Origin: an uncultured Candidatus Saccharibacteria bacterium
GTDB taxonomy: Bacteria; Patescibacteriota; Minisyncoccia; Phycocordibacterales; PALSA-1337
DNA: 64,000 bases
Reading direction: 5' to 3'
Assembly: GCA_964481175.1 (NCBI GenBank)
Contig: CAYZSZ010000001.1
Span: 1,602-65,601 of the forward strand
Shown here: positions 1 through 10,222 of the stretch, piece after piece
How the letters are laid out: every line of letters starts with the position of its first letter
Position numbering within the stretch: the stretch's first letter is position 1
The notes under the pieces: model-generated
Told to the model about the DNA's origin: nothing
Seen by the model: the letters and a program-made list of their open reading frames with translations, nothing else
The model's database searches: none
Program-made: the position numbers and the translations under genes

Positions 1-2
1 AA

Positions 3-479
3 GAAACTGGAAGAGTTATACCACCCACACTTTCTGATGGTGAAAAAGAAATAATAAAAGCAATTGAGAGAAATATGGGAAAAATTTCTTTTGATGTAGG
101 TATTAGAATAATCTACATAGCAAAAAAAGAAGTTTTTGATAAACCAAATGGTGTCGGAGGTATAATGTCTGGATTCAAGCATTTTTCAACTGAAAACTTC
201 AATGGTTTTAAACCAAATGGTAAAAAATGGTCGCCTAAGTTTAGCGGTGTTCCATGGGAAGATTATAAAAAGGTGAGAGAAAATAAATCAAATACTTTGG
301 TTTTGGAAGCATATAAAAGAAGATCCTTCTTTTATGAACCTTATGTTGGTACACCTATAATTTTGAGTACAGAGGAACTCGCTACACTATTTCATTTCCC
401 TGGAAGTGTTGCTGCGACTCCAGGACTTGTACGTATTCCATCAAAGAAATCAGAAGCTCCATCAAATATTCCGCTCTAA
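3..479 (+). CDS. 3' part of a conserved hypothetical protein (5' end lies outside the window)
   Basis: Frame is open from base 3 (ETGRVIPPTLSDGEKEIIKAIERNMGK...). The C-terminus LSTEELATLFHFPG...RIPSKKSEAPSNIP resembles a CPR-type hypothetical family. Stop overlaps the mltG start. Confidence 0.7.
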   Translation, partial: ETGRVIPPTLSDGEKEIIKAIERNMGKISFDVGIRIIYIAKKEVFDKPNGVGGIMSGFKHFSTENFNGFKPNGKKWSPKFSGVPWEDYKKVRENKSNTLVLEAYKRRSFFYEPYVGTPIILSTEELATLFHFPGSVAATPGLVRIPSKKSEAPSNIPL

Positions 480-1309
480 TGAAAAAGATTATTCCACTAT
501 TCCTTATCTGTCTTTTGATTGTTACTGTTGCTTTCTTAGTTAAAACTCCTTCAAACTTTCCACAAAAGAAAGTGATTAAAGTAGATAAAATGCTTACAGT
601 GGAACAAGTGGGTCTTTTATTAAAAGAAAGTCATGTAATCCAGTCACCTCTCATTTTTAAAGCGCTCGTCTTTAAACGAAACATTAAAGCAGGTGAGTAT
701 TATTTTGACACCGGAGAAAGCGTGTTTAGCATCGTAAATAGGTTAGTTGTGGGCAAAAGTAATCTTCCTATGATTCGCATCACGATACCGGAAGGCTCAA
801 ACAATGAGCAGATTGGGGCTATCATCTGGGGCAAAGTGCCGAACTTCAATGCGCCGTTATTTTTGAAAAAGGGATTCGCATTGCAGGGCCGGCTTTTCCC
901 TGATACATACAACATTCCGCTTACAGCTGACGAAGACTTTGTAATTTCATTATTAAAAAATACGTTCGATAAAAAAGTTGGTAAAGTTAGTGACGAAGCC
1001 GTGAACATGGCTGCAATACTTGAAGAAGAAGGCAAAAATTCGGAAAACAGAAAAATGATTGCAGATATTCTATGGCGCAGATTAAGGATAGGTATGCCAC
1101 TACAAGTAGATGTTGCAAAGGAAACGTACAAGTGGAGAGGATTCCCGGCTAGACCTATATCAAACCCAGGACTAGAGTCGATACAAGCAGCCCTAAACCC
1201 TACGGCAAATCCATACCTCTATTATATTTCTGATAAAGATGGTATATTCCACTACGCAAAAACATATGATGAGCATTTGGTCAATATTCAAAAATACCTC
1301 AAGAAATAA
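479..1309 (+). CDS. mltG: Endolytic transglycosylase MltG (YceG family), compact form
   Basis: N-terminal TM segment; ITIPEG, GRLFPDTY, AILEEE, RLRIGMPLQVD, PISNPG, YLYY and YAKTYDEH motifs. Confidence 0.9.
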   Translation: MKKIIPLFLICLLIVTVAFLVKTPSNFPQKKVIKVDKMLTVEQVGLLLKESHVIQSPLIFKALVFKRNIKAGEYYFDTGESVFSIVNRLVVGKSNLPMIRITIPEGSNNEQIGAIIWGKVPNFNAPLFLKKGFALQGRLFPDTYNIPLTADEDFVISLLKNTFDKKVGKVSDEAVNMAAILEEEGKNSENRKMIADILWRRLRIGMPLQVDVAKETYKWRGFPARPISNPGLESIQAALNPTANPYLYYISDKDGIFHYAKTYDEHLVNIQKYLKK

Positions 1310-2312
1310 GGGTAGAAAAGTGTTTGTGGGCATGTCGGGGGGAGTCGACAGCTCTGTTTCTGCATACCTACTAAAAAAAGCTGGTTACAATGTGACCGGT
1401 GTTTTTATCAAAGTCTGGCAACCTGACTGGATCACTTGTACCTGGAAAGAAGATAGGCTAGACGCGATGCGGGTAGCAGCACATCTCGGTATTTCCTTTA
1501 TGACACTTGATTTGGAAAAAGAATACAAAGAAGAAGTGGTGGACTATATGATTTCAGAATACAAAAAAGGACGGACCCCGAATCCCGATGTAATGTGCAA
1601 CAAGTATGTAAAGTTTGGTGGTTTTTATAATTGGGCAATGGAGAGGGGAGCTGACTTTGTGGCAACTGGTCACTATGCTCAGAGCAGAAATGGCAATATG
1701 TATACCGCAAAAGATGTGAGTAAAGACCAGACATATTTCCTTTGGACGGTAAAAGACTTTTCAAAGATTTTATTTCCGATAGGCCATCTACTAAAGACTG
1801 AGGTACGTGATATCGCTCGCAAAGCAAACTTGCCAGTAGCAGAGAAAAAAGACAGCCAAGGACTCTGCTTTATCGGGAAGATAGATTTTAAAGATTTTCT
1901 TTCACACTACATTACCCCTACACCCGGCAACGTCATCCTCGACAATGAAATTGTTGGAACTCATGACGGAGTAGAGTACCTGACTATCGGTCAGCGACAC
2001 GGCTTTACCATAACAAAAAAGTCTCCAAATGATGCACCTCTTTTTATTATTGAGAAAAAGGGGAATGACATTATCGTGTCAAAGAAAGAAAAGACGAACA
2101 CTGCAACTACCATAGAAATAGTAAACTCAAACATAAAAAAGAACGGTACTTTTATGGCGCGAGCTCGATACCGCCAACCATTGTTCGAATGCACTGTGGA
2201 AAACAATAAAATCACTTTTAAAGAGTCTCAAATAGTTGCAGAGGGGCAGTCTATCGTCGTATATGAAGGAAGTCACTGTTTAGGAGGAGCGATTATCGAC
2301 AAGGTGTTATAA
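1266..2312 (+). CDS. mnmA: tRNA 2-thiouridylase MnmA
   Basis: GMSGGVDSS, TPNPDVMCN, ATGHYA, KDQTYFL and DSQGLCF motifs. Start uncertain (1266/1269). Confidence 0.95.
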   Translation: MMSIWSIFKNTSRNKGRKVFVGMSGGVDSSVSAYLLKKAGYNVTGVFIKVWQPDWITCTWKEDRLDAMRVAAHLGISFMTLDLEKEYKEEVVDYMISEYKKGRTPNPDVMCNKYVKFGGFYNWAMERGADFVATGHYAQSRNGNMYTAKDVSKDQTYFLWTVKDFSKILFPIGHLLKTEVRDIARKANLPVAEKKDSQGLCFIGKIDFKDFLSHYITPTPGNVILDNEIVGTHDGVEYLTIGQRHGFTITKKSPNDAPLFIIEKKGNDIIVSKKEKTNTATTIEIVNSNIKKNGTFMARARYRQPLFECTVENNKITFKESQIVAEGQSIVVYEGSHCLGGAIIDKVL

Positions 2313-2319
2313 TGTGTGC

Positions 2320-3174
2320 ATGGAAAATCCCATATACATCAAGAAAGCTGACGGAACGTTAGAACCCTTTAATGAAAATAAACTGATTGAGTCTCTAGTG
2401 CATGTCGGTGCAGACAGAGATATCATCGACGGCATAGTTGATAAAGTTAAAAAAGAAATTAAAGACGGGATGACCACTGGTGCGATATATCATCTCGCTT
2501 TCTCTCATCTACGCGAGTCCAAAACAAATACAGCAGTAAAGTACTCGCTACGTCGAGCACTTTCTGAACTCGGCCCAAATGGTTTTCCATTTGAGCGCTT
2601 TATTGCTGAGATATTCAAAACTCAAGGGTATGAGGCTGTTACTGACCAAATTGTATATGGAGGCTGTGTACCACACGAAGTAGACGTGGTCGCTTGGAAG
2701 GGGGACGAGCTCATCATGGTAGAAGCAAAATTTCACAATGAGTTTGGTTTTAAATCTGACGTAAAAGTCGCACTGTATGTAAAAGCGCGTTTCGATGATC
2801 TCAAAGAAAATATGTATGACTACGGTGGAAGGAAAAGAAAGATTACCGAAGGCTGGCTTGTTACCAACACAAAGTTTACTGATCAAGCGATTCACTATGC
2901 AGAGTGCAAAGGCCTAAAGCTCATCGGCTGGAACTACCCAGCACAAAACAATCTCCAGGACATGATCGAGAGATCAAATCTGCACCCTTTTACCGCATTG
3001 ACTACTTTGAGTGCCACTCAGAAAAAGTATCTACTTGCTCACAATATTCTAATGTGCAAAGATATCCCACATCATCAAGAATTATTAAAAGAACAGGGCA
3101 TGTCATCGGAAGACATTGCCAAAGTACTAAAAGAAATCGACTCTATATATGAAACTTCTAGACAGACTAAATAA
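2320..3174 (+). CDS. ATP-cone domain + Mrr-like PD-(D/E)xK restriction-endonuclease-fold protein
   Basis: N-terminal IKKADG..EPF...KL ATP cone; GFPFERFIAEIF, EVDV, VEAK and LVTNTKFT..A motifs. Confidence 0.8.
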   Translation: MENPIYIKKADGTLEPFNENKLIESLVHVGADRDIIDGIVDKVKKEIKDGMTTGAIYHLAFSHLRESKTNTAVKYSLRRALSELGPNGFPFERFIAEIFKTQGYEAVTDQIVYGGCVPHEVDVVAWKGDELIMVEAKFHNEFGFKSDVKVALYVKARFDDLKENMYDYGGRKRKITEGWLVTNTKFTDQAIHYAECKGLKLIGWNYPAQNNLQDMIERSNLHPFTALTTLSATQKKYLLAHNILMCKDIPHHQELLKEQGMSSEDIAKVLKEIDSIYETSRQTK

Positions 3175-4927
3175 CGAGTACGCAAAGCTACACACAGGAT
3201 TTGAGTTAGTTTTCTGGGAAGTGTATATGACCTCACCTGAAAAGGGCGAAAAGATGAACGCTGCAGCAGCCAAACGTGACGCCTTTCGCGCAAGCAAAAA
3301 ACTAGCAGCAGAAGTGGATGAGGCTTTGAAAAAAGCAAAAGGTGAAGAGAAAAACAGACTACTACACTGGAAACATTTCTTTTCACTCTTTCAGACTCCA
3401 GAGCAAGTGCTGCCGCTCAAAAGAAAAGCTACTGATATAGAATCAAAAATCGCCACTATCCGTCAGACTCGAAAAGAGGGGTACACTGACCCCTATACAC
3501 ATACATTTGTAGAAGCTTCAGAAAATAAGATGCGTGGTTTAGTGCGGACTAGCCCTGATGAAAAGATTAGAAAAGCAGCATATGACGGCTTGCAGAAATT
3601 GCCTTTGGATACGTTAGATCTATATGTTGAGCTAGTTAAGGTTCGAAATGAGTTTGCTCGTGGTATGGACTATGACAACTTTTATGCCTACAAACTAGAC
3701 CTCGATGAACAGATGACACTCGATGAGCTTTTTTCAATTTTCAACAAACTATATGAAAAAACTAAATACGCTCTCGACGACATAAAAGCTTTGGAAAAGC
3801 AGACACCCGGTATTACTAAGCCATGGAACTTTTCGTACATGATTGCAGGAGACTTTGTTACCGAAGAAGATAAATACTTTCCACTCGACAAAGCACTACT
3901 GCGCTGGGGTCAATCATTTTCTGCACTTGGAGTGGGGCTCGAGGGAGGCAGGCTCGTTTTGGATCTACTAGATAGAAAAGGAAAGCATAACAATGGTTTT
4001 TGTCATTACCCTCGAATCATTGAGTATAAAAATGGTAAACGCATACCAGCTGAAGCTCGTGTCTCTTGTACGGCAGTTATCGGCGAGATCGGATCTGGCT
4101 ACAACGATGGGCACAACACTCTGTTCCACGAAGGAGGCCATGCTGCAGACAGACTCAATAGTTACCAGAAAGATACAATACTAAATACCGAGTACCCACC
4201 AAGCTCTGTATCTTGGGCAGAGACTCACAGCATGTTTATGGATTCGATGCTTGGAGGAATCGACTGGAAAACTAGGTATGCAGACTATCCTTTTGAGCTT
4301 TTTGAACGAAAAGTTCGCAAGACCAGCTTTTTGGCTCCACTTCATATCTTTTCAATCAATGCAGTAATGGAGCTTGAGCGCAGAATATATGAGTCAAAGA
4401 ATCTGACAAGGGACGATGTAATAAAAATTGCTCAGCAAACATACAGAAAGTTTTGGGGACTAGATGATGACTCACTCAATTTGCTCAATGTCTCACACAT
4501 ATATTCTTGGGAAAGCAGTGGATACTACCACGGCTACGGTCTTGCAGAGCTCCAAGTCTGTCAGTGGAGAGAATATTTCTACAAAAAATACGGTTACATT
4601 GTAGACAATCCGAACGTCGGCAAAGAACTGAAAAAAGTCTGGAGACTCGGCTCTTCACGACCGTCAAAAGAGTTTATCAAAATCGCAACTGGTAAAAAGC
4701 TCAGTCCCGATGCATATATCAGATCTGTTACAGGGACTCCTGAACAAAAAATAAAGATAGCAAAGCAGAGAATCGCTCGTCTAGAGAAAGTAAAACGCTA
4801 CACAAAACCAGTAAACCTAAACGGAACTGTCGTCATGATGCATGGCAAAAAGAAAATAGCGGACTCTACAAAAGGCTTCGAAAAAATGGCGGAAAAGTAC
4901 AAAAAATGGTTAAATACTCTCAAATGA
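3149..4927 (+). CDS. M3-family oligoendopeptidase
   Basis: LFHEGGHA zinc motif, downstream WAETHSMF, H..YYHGY; 592 aa. Confidence 0.85.
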   Translation: MKLLDRLNNEYAKLHTGFELVFWEVYMTSPEKGEKMNAAAAKRDAFRASKKLAAEVDEALKKAKGEEKNRLLHWKHFFSLFQTPEQVLPLKRKATDIESKIATIRQTRKEGYTDPYTHTFVEASENKMRGLVRTSPDEKIRKAAYDGLQKLPLDTLDLYVELVKVRNEFARGMDYDNFYAYKLDLDEQMTLDELFSIFNKLYEKTKYALDDIKALEKQTPGITKPWNFSYMIAGDFVTEEDKYFPLDKALLRWGQSFSALGVGLEGGRLVLDLLDRKGKHNNGFCHYPRIIEYKNGKRIPAEARVSCTAVIGEIGSGYNDGHNTLFHEGGHAADRLNSYQKDTILNTEYPPSSVSWAETHSMFMDSMLGGIDWKTRYADYPFELFERKVRKTSFLAPLHIFSINAVMELERRIYESKNLTRDDVIKIAQQTYRKFWGLDDDSLNLLNVSHIYSWESSGYYHGYGLAELQVCQWREYFYKKYGYIVDNPNVGKELKKVWRLGSSRPSKEFIKIATGKKLSPDAYIRSVTGTPEQKIKIAKQRIARLEKVKRYTKPVNLNGTVVMMHGKKKIADSTKGFEKMAEKYKKWLNTLK

Positions 4928-6621
4928 CGTCAAAAGAAATCCGAGCGAAATTCCTAGCTTTTTTTGAAAAAAAGGGACATGCGATCATCCCTTCGGCTCC
5001 GCTCGTACCTGAAAATGACCCCTCAGTACTATTCAACACAGCAGGAATGCAACCGCTAGTACCATATCTTTTAGGGCAAAAGCACCCACTCGGTACCCGC
5101 CTCGCAAATGCACAAAAATGTGTTCGTACTGTTGATATCGACGACATCGGTGACAACACTCATGCAACTTTTTTTGAAATGCTAGGGAACTGGTCTCTCG
5201 GTGACTATTTCAAAAAAGAGGCAATCGAATGGAGCTACGAATTGCTAACAAAAGAATTCGGACTCGACCCAAAGCGTTTGTATGTAACTGTATTTGCTGG
5301 AGATGAAAACGCTCCTCGAGATCTAGAGGCTGTCGAGATTTGGAAGAGTGTTGGTGTTCCAGAAAATAGAATTTACTTTCTGCCTGCAAAAAATAACTGG
5401 TGGTCAGCGGGAGACAATGGCCCATGCGGTCCAGATAGCGAAATGTTTTATGATGTTACCCCAAATGGTTTGGGTGATATGACTCACGATGAGTACGTTG
5501 CTGCAGATGAGCGACGCGATGTAGTTGAAATCTGGAATGACGTATTTATGGAATACGAAAAGAAAGATGGGAAAGTAATCGGCAAATTGGCTTCAAAAAA
5601 CATCGACACTGGTTCAGGACTTGAGCGAGTGACTATGGTCATACAGGGAAAAGACAATATATACGAGACAGATCTACTAAAACCAATTATTGAAAAGATT
5701 CGTTCTCTTTCTACAAATCAAAACCAAACTTCTGAGCGCATTATCGCAGACCACATCCGTACTGCTGTCTTTATGATTTCAGATGGAGTCACACCTTCAA
5801 ACACAGACCAGGGGTATATCCTCCGACGACTTCTTCGCCGCGCTATCCGACACGCTGATATTTTGGGCATGGGATCACTATCAAATCTCGTCGAGACAGT
5901 TGTTTCTATATACAAAGGTGTCTATGACCTAAAAATCACAGATCAAATATCTGTAGAAGAAGAAAAATTCCGCAAGACACTCAAAGACGGAATAAAACAA
6001 TTTGAAAAAGGTGAGGATCCTTTTATCCTTTTCTCTACCTACGGTTTCCCGATCGAGCTCACACTAGAATTAGCAAAAGAAAAAGCTATCGAAATAGACT
6101 TGGAAGATTTCAACAAAAAGATGAAAGCACACCAGGACATCTCTCGAGCTGGTTCAGAACAAAAGTTTAAAGGAGGACTCGCAGATACGAGCGAGCAGTC
6201 GGTAAAGTACCACACAGCTACTCATCTTTTACATTATGCTTTGCGAAAAGTGCTTGGTGAACATGTGCAGCAAAAGGGAAGCAATATCACTCCTGAGCGA
6301 CTTCGCTTTGACTTTGCACATCCGACAAAGATGACTGATGAAGAAAAAAAGAAAGTTGAAGATATTGTAAATGAAAAGATTCAGGCTGCTATCACTGTGG
6401 AAAACAAAATCATGCCAAAAGAAGAAGCAATCAAAATCGGTGCCCTCCATTTCTTTAATGAAAAGTACCCCGACCAAGTGAGCGTTTATTTTATTGGAGA
6501 CTCTATCGAATTCTGTGGAGGTCCTCATGTGAAGAATACAAAAGAGCTAGGGAAATTCAAAATTGCAAAAGAAGAAGCAGTATCAGCAGGTGTCCGTCGC
6601 ATAAAAGCAGTCCTCTCATAA
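4924..6621 (+). CDS. alaS: Alanine--tRNA ligase, short form without C-Ala domain
   Basis: FNTAGMQP, FFEMLGNWS, GPCGPDSE; editing motifs HTATHLLH and EFCGGPHV; ends right after GVRRIKA. Confidence 0.97.
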   Translation: MTSKEIRAKFLAFFEKKGHAIIPSAPLVPENDPSVLFNTAGMQPLVPYLLGQKHPLGTRLANAQKCVRTVDIDDIGDNTHATFFEMLGNWSLGDYFKKEAIEWSYELLTKEFGLDPKRLYVTVFAGDENAPRDLEAVEIWKSVGVPENRIYFLPAKNNWWSAGDNGPCGPDSEMFYDVTPNGLGDMTHDEYVAADERRDVVEIWNDVFMEYEKKDGKVIGKLASKNIDTGSGLERVTMVIQGKDNIYETDLLKPIIEKIRSLSTNQNQTSERIIADHIRTAVFMISDGVTPSNTDQGYILRRLLRRAIRHADILGMGSLSNLVETVVSIYKGVYDLKITDQISVEEEKFRKTLKDGIKQFEKGEDPFILFSTYGFPIELTLELAKEKAIEIDLEDFNKKMKAHQDISRAGSEQKFKGGLADTSEQSVKYHTATHLLHYALRKVLGEHVQQKGSNITPERLRFDFAHPTKMTDEEKKKVEDIVNEKIQAAITVENKIMPKEEAIKIGALHFFNEKYPDQVSVYFIGDSIEFCGGPHVKNTKELGKFKIAKEEAVSAGVRRIKAVLS

Positions 6622-6645
6622 TTTCCTGTGATATAATTTAGAGGT

Positions 6646-7665
6646 ATGAAAGATTACCTCGTAATTGTGATTGATAGTTTTAGTGTACAAGTCATTTTAA
6701 ATGGCAAGACTTCTCTGTACAGACGATTCGCCGTCCATGAAAAGATCTCCAGCACACATCTCGAACATGTGATGATAACCACACTCACAAAGATCCTCCA
6801 AGACACTGTGAGACAGACTGCTCATGTCGGCAAAATACATATAGTACTTTCTTCGCCTTGGATTGTAAGCAAGACAAAAACTTCACGTTTCACTTATACG
6901 AAGCCACTCATGCTCGATCGAGAGTATTTGGATCAGACCATCGAACAAGAGCGCACTGCTTTTAAAAAAATATTTCCTTTCGACATAGAGTTCGTCGAGC
7001 AAAAAGTCTTTGAAACAAAGATAAACGGCTACAGCGCAAAGCTCAAAAAGCCAGTCCCAGCAATGTCTTTGGAGATAAGTAGCGCGATGAGTGCTATGTC
7101 AAAGACCGTATTAAAAAAGATTATGGATGTAACAGAGCACTTCTTCCATGGCGGGAAAGTATCTTTCCATTCATCATTGATTTTGTCATATATCAGTCTT
7201 CGCCACTTACAGCCAGAGCTTGAGAGCGGAGCTTTTATAAATGTTCATGGAGAATGCACCGACGTCACTATATTTAAAAATTCAGTTCCAACACATTTCG
7301 CATCGACAAACTTTGGATCACATACACTTGTTCACACGCTTGCGAAAAGCATGAATACTTCAGAAGGCATAGCAGAGTCAAAGATCACTCTTTTTGAAGA
7401 TGGAGATCTACACGCTCAAGCAGAAGAAAAGGCCGCACCGCTCGTAGAACAAAAACTAGCAGACTGGAGCAATAGTCTCACCGAACTTATAGAGCAATTG
7501 GAGAAAACTGCTCCTCATAACTTTGTTATAAACAGCGACGAATACGAAACCATATTTTCAAATACATTGAGGAATACTTTTGGTGATTCAAATGTTACTG
7601 TTTTGCCAGAGACAATAGACGCTTTGTATCAAGCAGGTATAGAACTTGTAGAATTTCACAAATAG
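6646..7665 (+). CDS. Hypothetical protein, possibly a divergent FtsA/actin-like fold
   Basis: 339-aa ORF with FINVHGECTDVTIF...NFGSHTL...LAK...AESK, which loosely follows the actin phosphate-2 region. Confidence 0.5.
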   Translation: MKDYLVIVIDSFSVQVILNGKTSLYRRFAVHEKISSTHLEHVMITTLTKILQDTVRQTAHVGKIHIVLSSPWIVSKTKTSRFTYTKPLMLDREYLDQTIEQERTAFKKIFPFDIEFVEQKVFETKINGYSAKLKKPVPAMSLEISSAMSAMSKTVLKKIMDVTEHFFHGGKVSFHSSLILSYISLRHLQPELESGAFINVHGECTDVTIFKNSVPTHFASTNFGSHTLVHTLAKSMNTSEGIAESKITLFEDGDLHAQAEEKAAPLVEQKLADWSNSLTELIEQLEKTAPHNFVINSDEYETIFSNTLRNTFGDSNVTVLPETIDALYQAGIELVEFHK

Positions 7666-7690
7666 TATGCTATAATTTCTGAATAAGCAC

Positions 7691-8974
7691 ATGGAACGAG
7701 AAAGAGAATATAAGATGAGTGATGTGGTATCACCGAGCACCTCTCGGACAATTCGTCGTATACCTATAAACCGCAAACAACTCGAACGCGAAGTAGAAGA
7801 AGAACCTGTAGAAGAATACGTTCGCCCTCGACGTACCACTTCTCACCGTAGTGCGCCTCCAAAAGGTAGCAGTCTATTTACAAAGATCACCCTTGTTGCA
7901 GTCGTACTTATCTCTATTGTTGCTATTGCAGCAGCTATATCTCTTGCATATTCAAAAGGAACTTTGAGCATTGAACCAAAAAAGATAGAAACATCGATAA
8001 ATATCGGTTTTGCAGCAAATCCATCTGGTGACTCGCTCACGTATTCAACTATTACAGCCTCTGACACATCTATGGAAGTAGTCGCAGCAAAGCCAGGTAG
8101 CTTTTATCAGAGCAAAGCTCGTGGCAACGCAACGGTAACAAACGGTAGTACCGAAGAGCAGCAGCTAGTTATCAACACTCGCCTCGAGACGGCTGACGGC
8201 AAGATATATCGCCTCACAAAGCCTATCGTGATCCCAGCAGGTAAAAAAGTAAGTGTACCTATCGTAGCTGACGAAAGCGGAGCTGATTGGAATATCACAA
8301 AAGCAGCTGCAGGAAAACTAAAAGTGCCTGGTTTCAAGGGCAGCAAAAAGTATGATCAGTTCTTTGCTGAGCTAGATGACGATATTGTAGGTGGCTTTTC
8401 AGGAACCAAAAATGTAGTTGATGAAAAGGTCTTAAGAGAAACTCGTGATCGTTTGGTTTCTTCTGTGACTGAGCTCGTAAAGGCAAAGCTAAAAGCACAG
8501 GTTGATTCAAACTCTGTTTATTTCGATACGCTCACAGTGATCTCTATTGAGGATCTTCCACAGATTGCAAAAGGCAGCAATCAAAGCCAGATCGCTGTAA
8601 AGGGGAGTGGACTTGCATATGTGTTTGATCGAACTGCGCTCACAAAAACTTTGGGTGCAAATGAGGTCAAAAAACTTGGCTCTGATTCTTTCAAAGCGTT
8701 GGGTATAGAAAAAGTAACCATTACTCCAAAAGCACCCCTAAAATACAGCCCTACAGCAGCTCTCAGCCTCACGGCGGTAGGTAACATTACTATCGTAGGA
8801 AACGTGCCTGTAGAGACCTTAAAAAAGGAATTGGTGGGCATAAAAGTGGCTGATTTAAACAATATTCTCAAGAAATACGACGGTATTAGCAAGGCAAGCG
8901 CAAAGATCTCACCATTCTGGAAAAAAGCCTTTCCTGCTAGTTCTGACCGCATTTATGTCGAGGTAAGCGAATAG
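7691..8974 (+). CDS. Single-pass membrane protein with baseplate-J-like beta-rich ectodomain (putative)
   Basis: Charged N-terminus and one TM; KARG.ATV.N, L..NTRL....G..Y and V.A...G..WN...GGFSG pattern. Confidence 0.55.
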   Translation: MEREREYKMSDVVSPSTSRTIRRIPINRKQLEREVEEEPVEEYVRPRRTTSHRSAPPKGSSLFTKITLVAVVLISIVAIAAAISLAYSKGTLSIEPKKIETSINIGFAANPSGDSLTYSTITASDTSMEVVAAKPGSFYQSKARGNATVTNGSTEEQQLVINTRLETADGKIYRLTKPIVIPAGKKVSVPIVADESGADWNITKAAAGKLKVPGFKGSKKYDQFFAELDDDIVGGFSGTKNVVDEKVLRETRDRLVSSVTELVKAKLKAQVDSNSVYFDTLTVISIEDLPQIAKGSNQSQIAVKGSGLAYVFDRTALTKTLGANEVKKLGSDSFKALGIEKVTITPKAPLKYSPTAALSLTAVGNITIVGNVPVETLKKELVGIKVADLNNILKKYDGISKASAKISPFWKKAFPASSDRIYVEVSE

Positions 8975-9028
8975 TGATATTGCAATATAAGCATATCTCT
9001 GCTAGTATATCGAAACGCGCATTTACGA

Positions 9029-9256
9029 ATGGATGTAACCCCAAACAACAAAGCAAATAACCAAGCTACAGGAGTAGTTACTGAAGCCTTGCCAAATACT
9101 TTGTTTAAGGTGGCGCTAGATGGTAGCGATACTATCGTCCTCGCTTACTTAGCAGGGAAAATGCGAATGCATCACATTCGAGTATTGATCGGAGACAAGG
9201 TAGAACTTGAGCTCGATCCATACGGAGGCAGAGCACGTATTACAAAAAGACTTTAA
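9029..9256 (+). CDS. infA: Translation initiation factor IF-1
   Basis: [15 protein letters not shown]...IRVL.GD.V..EL.PY. Confidence 0.97.
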   Translation: MDVTPNNKANNQATGVVTEALPNTLFKVALDGSDTIVLAYLAGKMRMHHIRVLIGDKVELELDPYGGRARITKRL

Positions 9257-9271
9257 TCGATTTTTATTATA

Positions 9272-9388
9272 ATGAAAGTTCGAGCGTCAGTTAAAAAAGT
9301 ATGTGAAAAATGTAACGTAGTTCGCCGAAAGGGCTACGTCTATGTTGTCTGCAAAGGAAACCCTCGACATAAACAACGACAAGGCTAA
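9272..9388 (+). CDS. rpmJ: 50S ribosomal protein L36 (not in the ORF track)
   Basis: Hand translation [38 protein letters not shown]. Confidence 0.97.
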   Translation: MKVRASVKKVCEKCNVVRRKGYVYVVCKGNPRHKQRQG

Positions 9389-9399
9389 ATTTTAATCAT

Positions 9400-9780
9400 A
9401 TGCGTATACTTGGTATTACAATTCCTGAAAACAAACGACTTGAGATTGCTCTCACTACTCTATATGGTGTAGGACGATCACGAGCACAATTTATTTTGAA
9501 AACAGCTGGCATCGACTTTGGTGCAAAAGCAAAAGACCTGACAACTGACCAGGAAAATGCAGTTCGAAAGATTTTTGAAGGATACAAGATAGAAGGAGAT
9601 CTCAAACGAGAGATCGGAGCAAACATCAAGCGCCTCAAAGACATCAAAACATACCGAGGTAGCCGACATGCAAAGCGTCTCCCAGCTCGAGGACAGCGAA
9701 CAAAGACAAACTCTCGAACTCTTCGAGGAAACGTTCGAAAGACGATGGGATCAGGACGTAAGAAGGAAGATAAGAAGTAA
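9400..9780 (+). CDS. rpsM: 30S ribosomal protein S13
   Basis: YRGSRH..RLPARGQRTKTNSRT. Confidence 0.97.
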   Translation: MRILGITIPENKRLEIALTTLYGVGRSRAQFILKTAGIDFGAKAKDLTTDQENAVRKIFEGYKIEGDLKREIGANIKRLKDIKTYRGSRHAKRLPARGQRTKTNSRTLRGNVRKTMGSGRKKEDKK

Positions 9781-9785
9781 TTTAT

Positions 9786-10208
9786 ATGGCTAAAAAAACC
9801 GAAACAACAACAGAAAAGAAAGTCGAAGCAAAGCCTGCAGTACAGGTCTCTTCTAAGAAGCGACTTGATAGTGGCATCCTTTTTGTTCAGTCTACCTACA
9901 ACAACACAAAGGTTATGCTTGCTGACATGTCAGGAAATGCAGTAATGTGGTCAACCGCTGGTGCTCTTGGATTCAAGGGTGCAAAAAAGGGTACTCCATT
10001 CGCAGCTGCAAAGATTGGTGAAGCACTTGCTGTAAAGGCCGCTCTTATCGGTCTCAAAGAAGTTGCTGTTGTTGTTAAGGGAGTAGGTTCTGGACGAGAA
10101 TCTGCTATCCGAGGCTTTACTTCAAAGGGAATCAACATCTCAAGCATTACAGACGAAACTCCAGTTCCGCACAATGGTCCAAAGCCTAAAAAGCCACGTC
10201 GAGTATAA
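9786..10208 (+). CDS. rpsK: 30S ribosomal protein S11
   Basis: STYNNT, GFKGAKKGTPFAA, DETPVPHNG. Confidence 0.97.
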   Translation: MAKKTETTTEKKVEAKPAVQVSSKKRLDSGILFVQSTYNNTKVMLADMSGNAVMWSTAGALGFKGAKKGTPFAAAKIGEALAVKAALIGLKEVAVVVKGVGSGRESAIRGFTSKGINISSITDETPVPHNGPKPKKPRRV

Positions 10209-10222
10209 TCAATTAGAAATAT

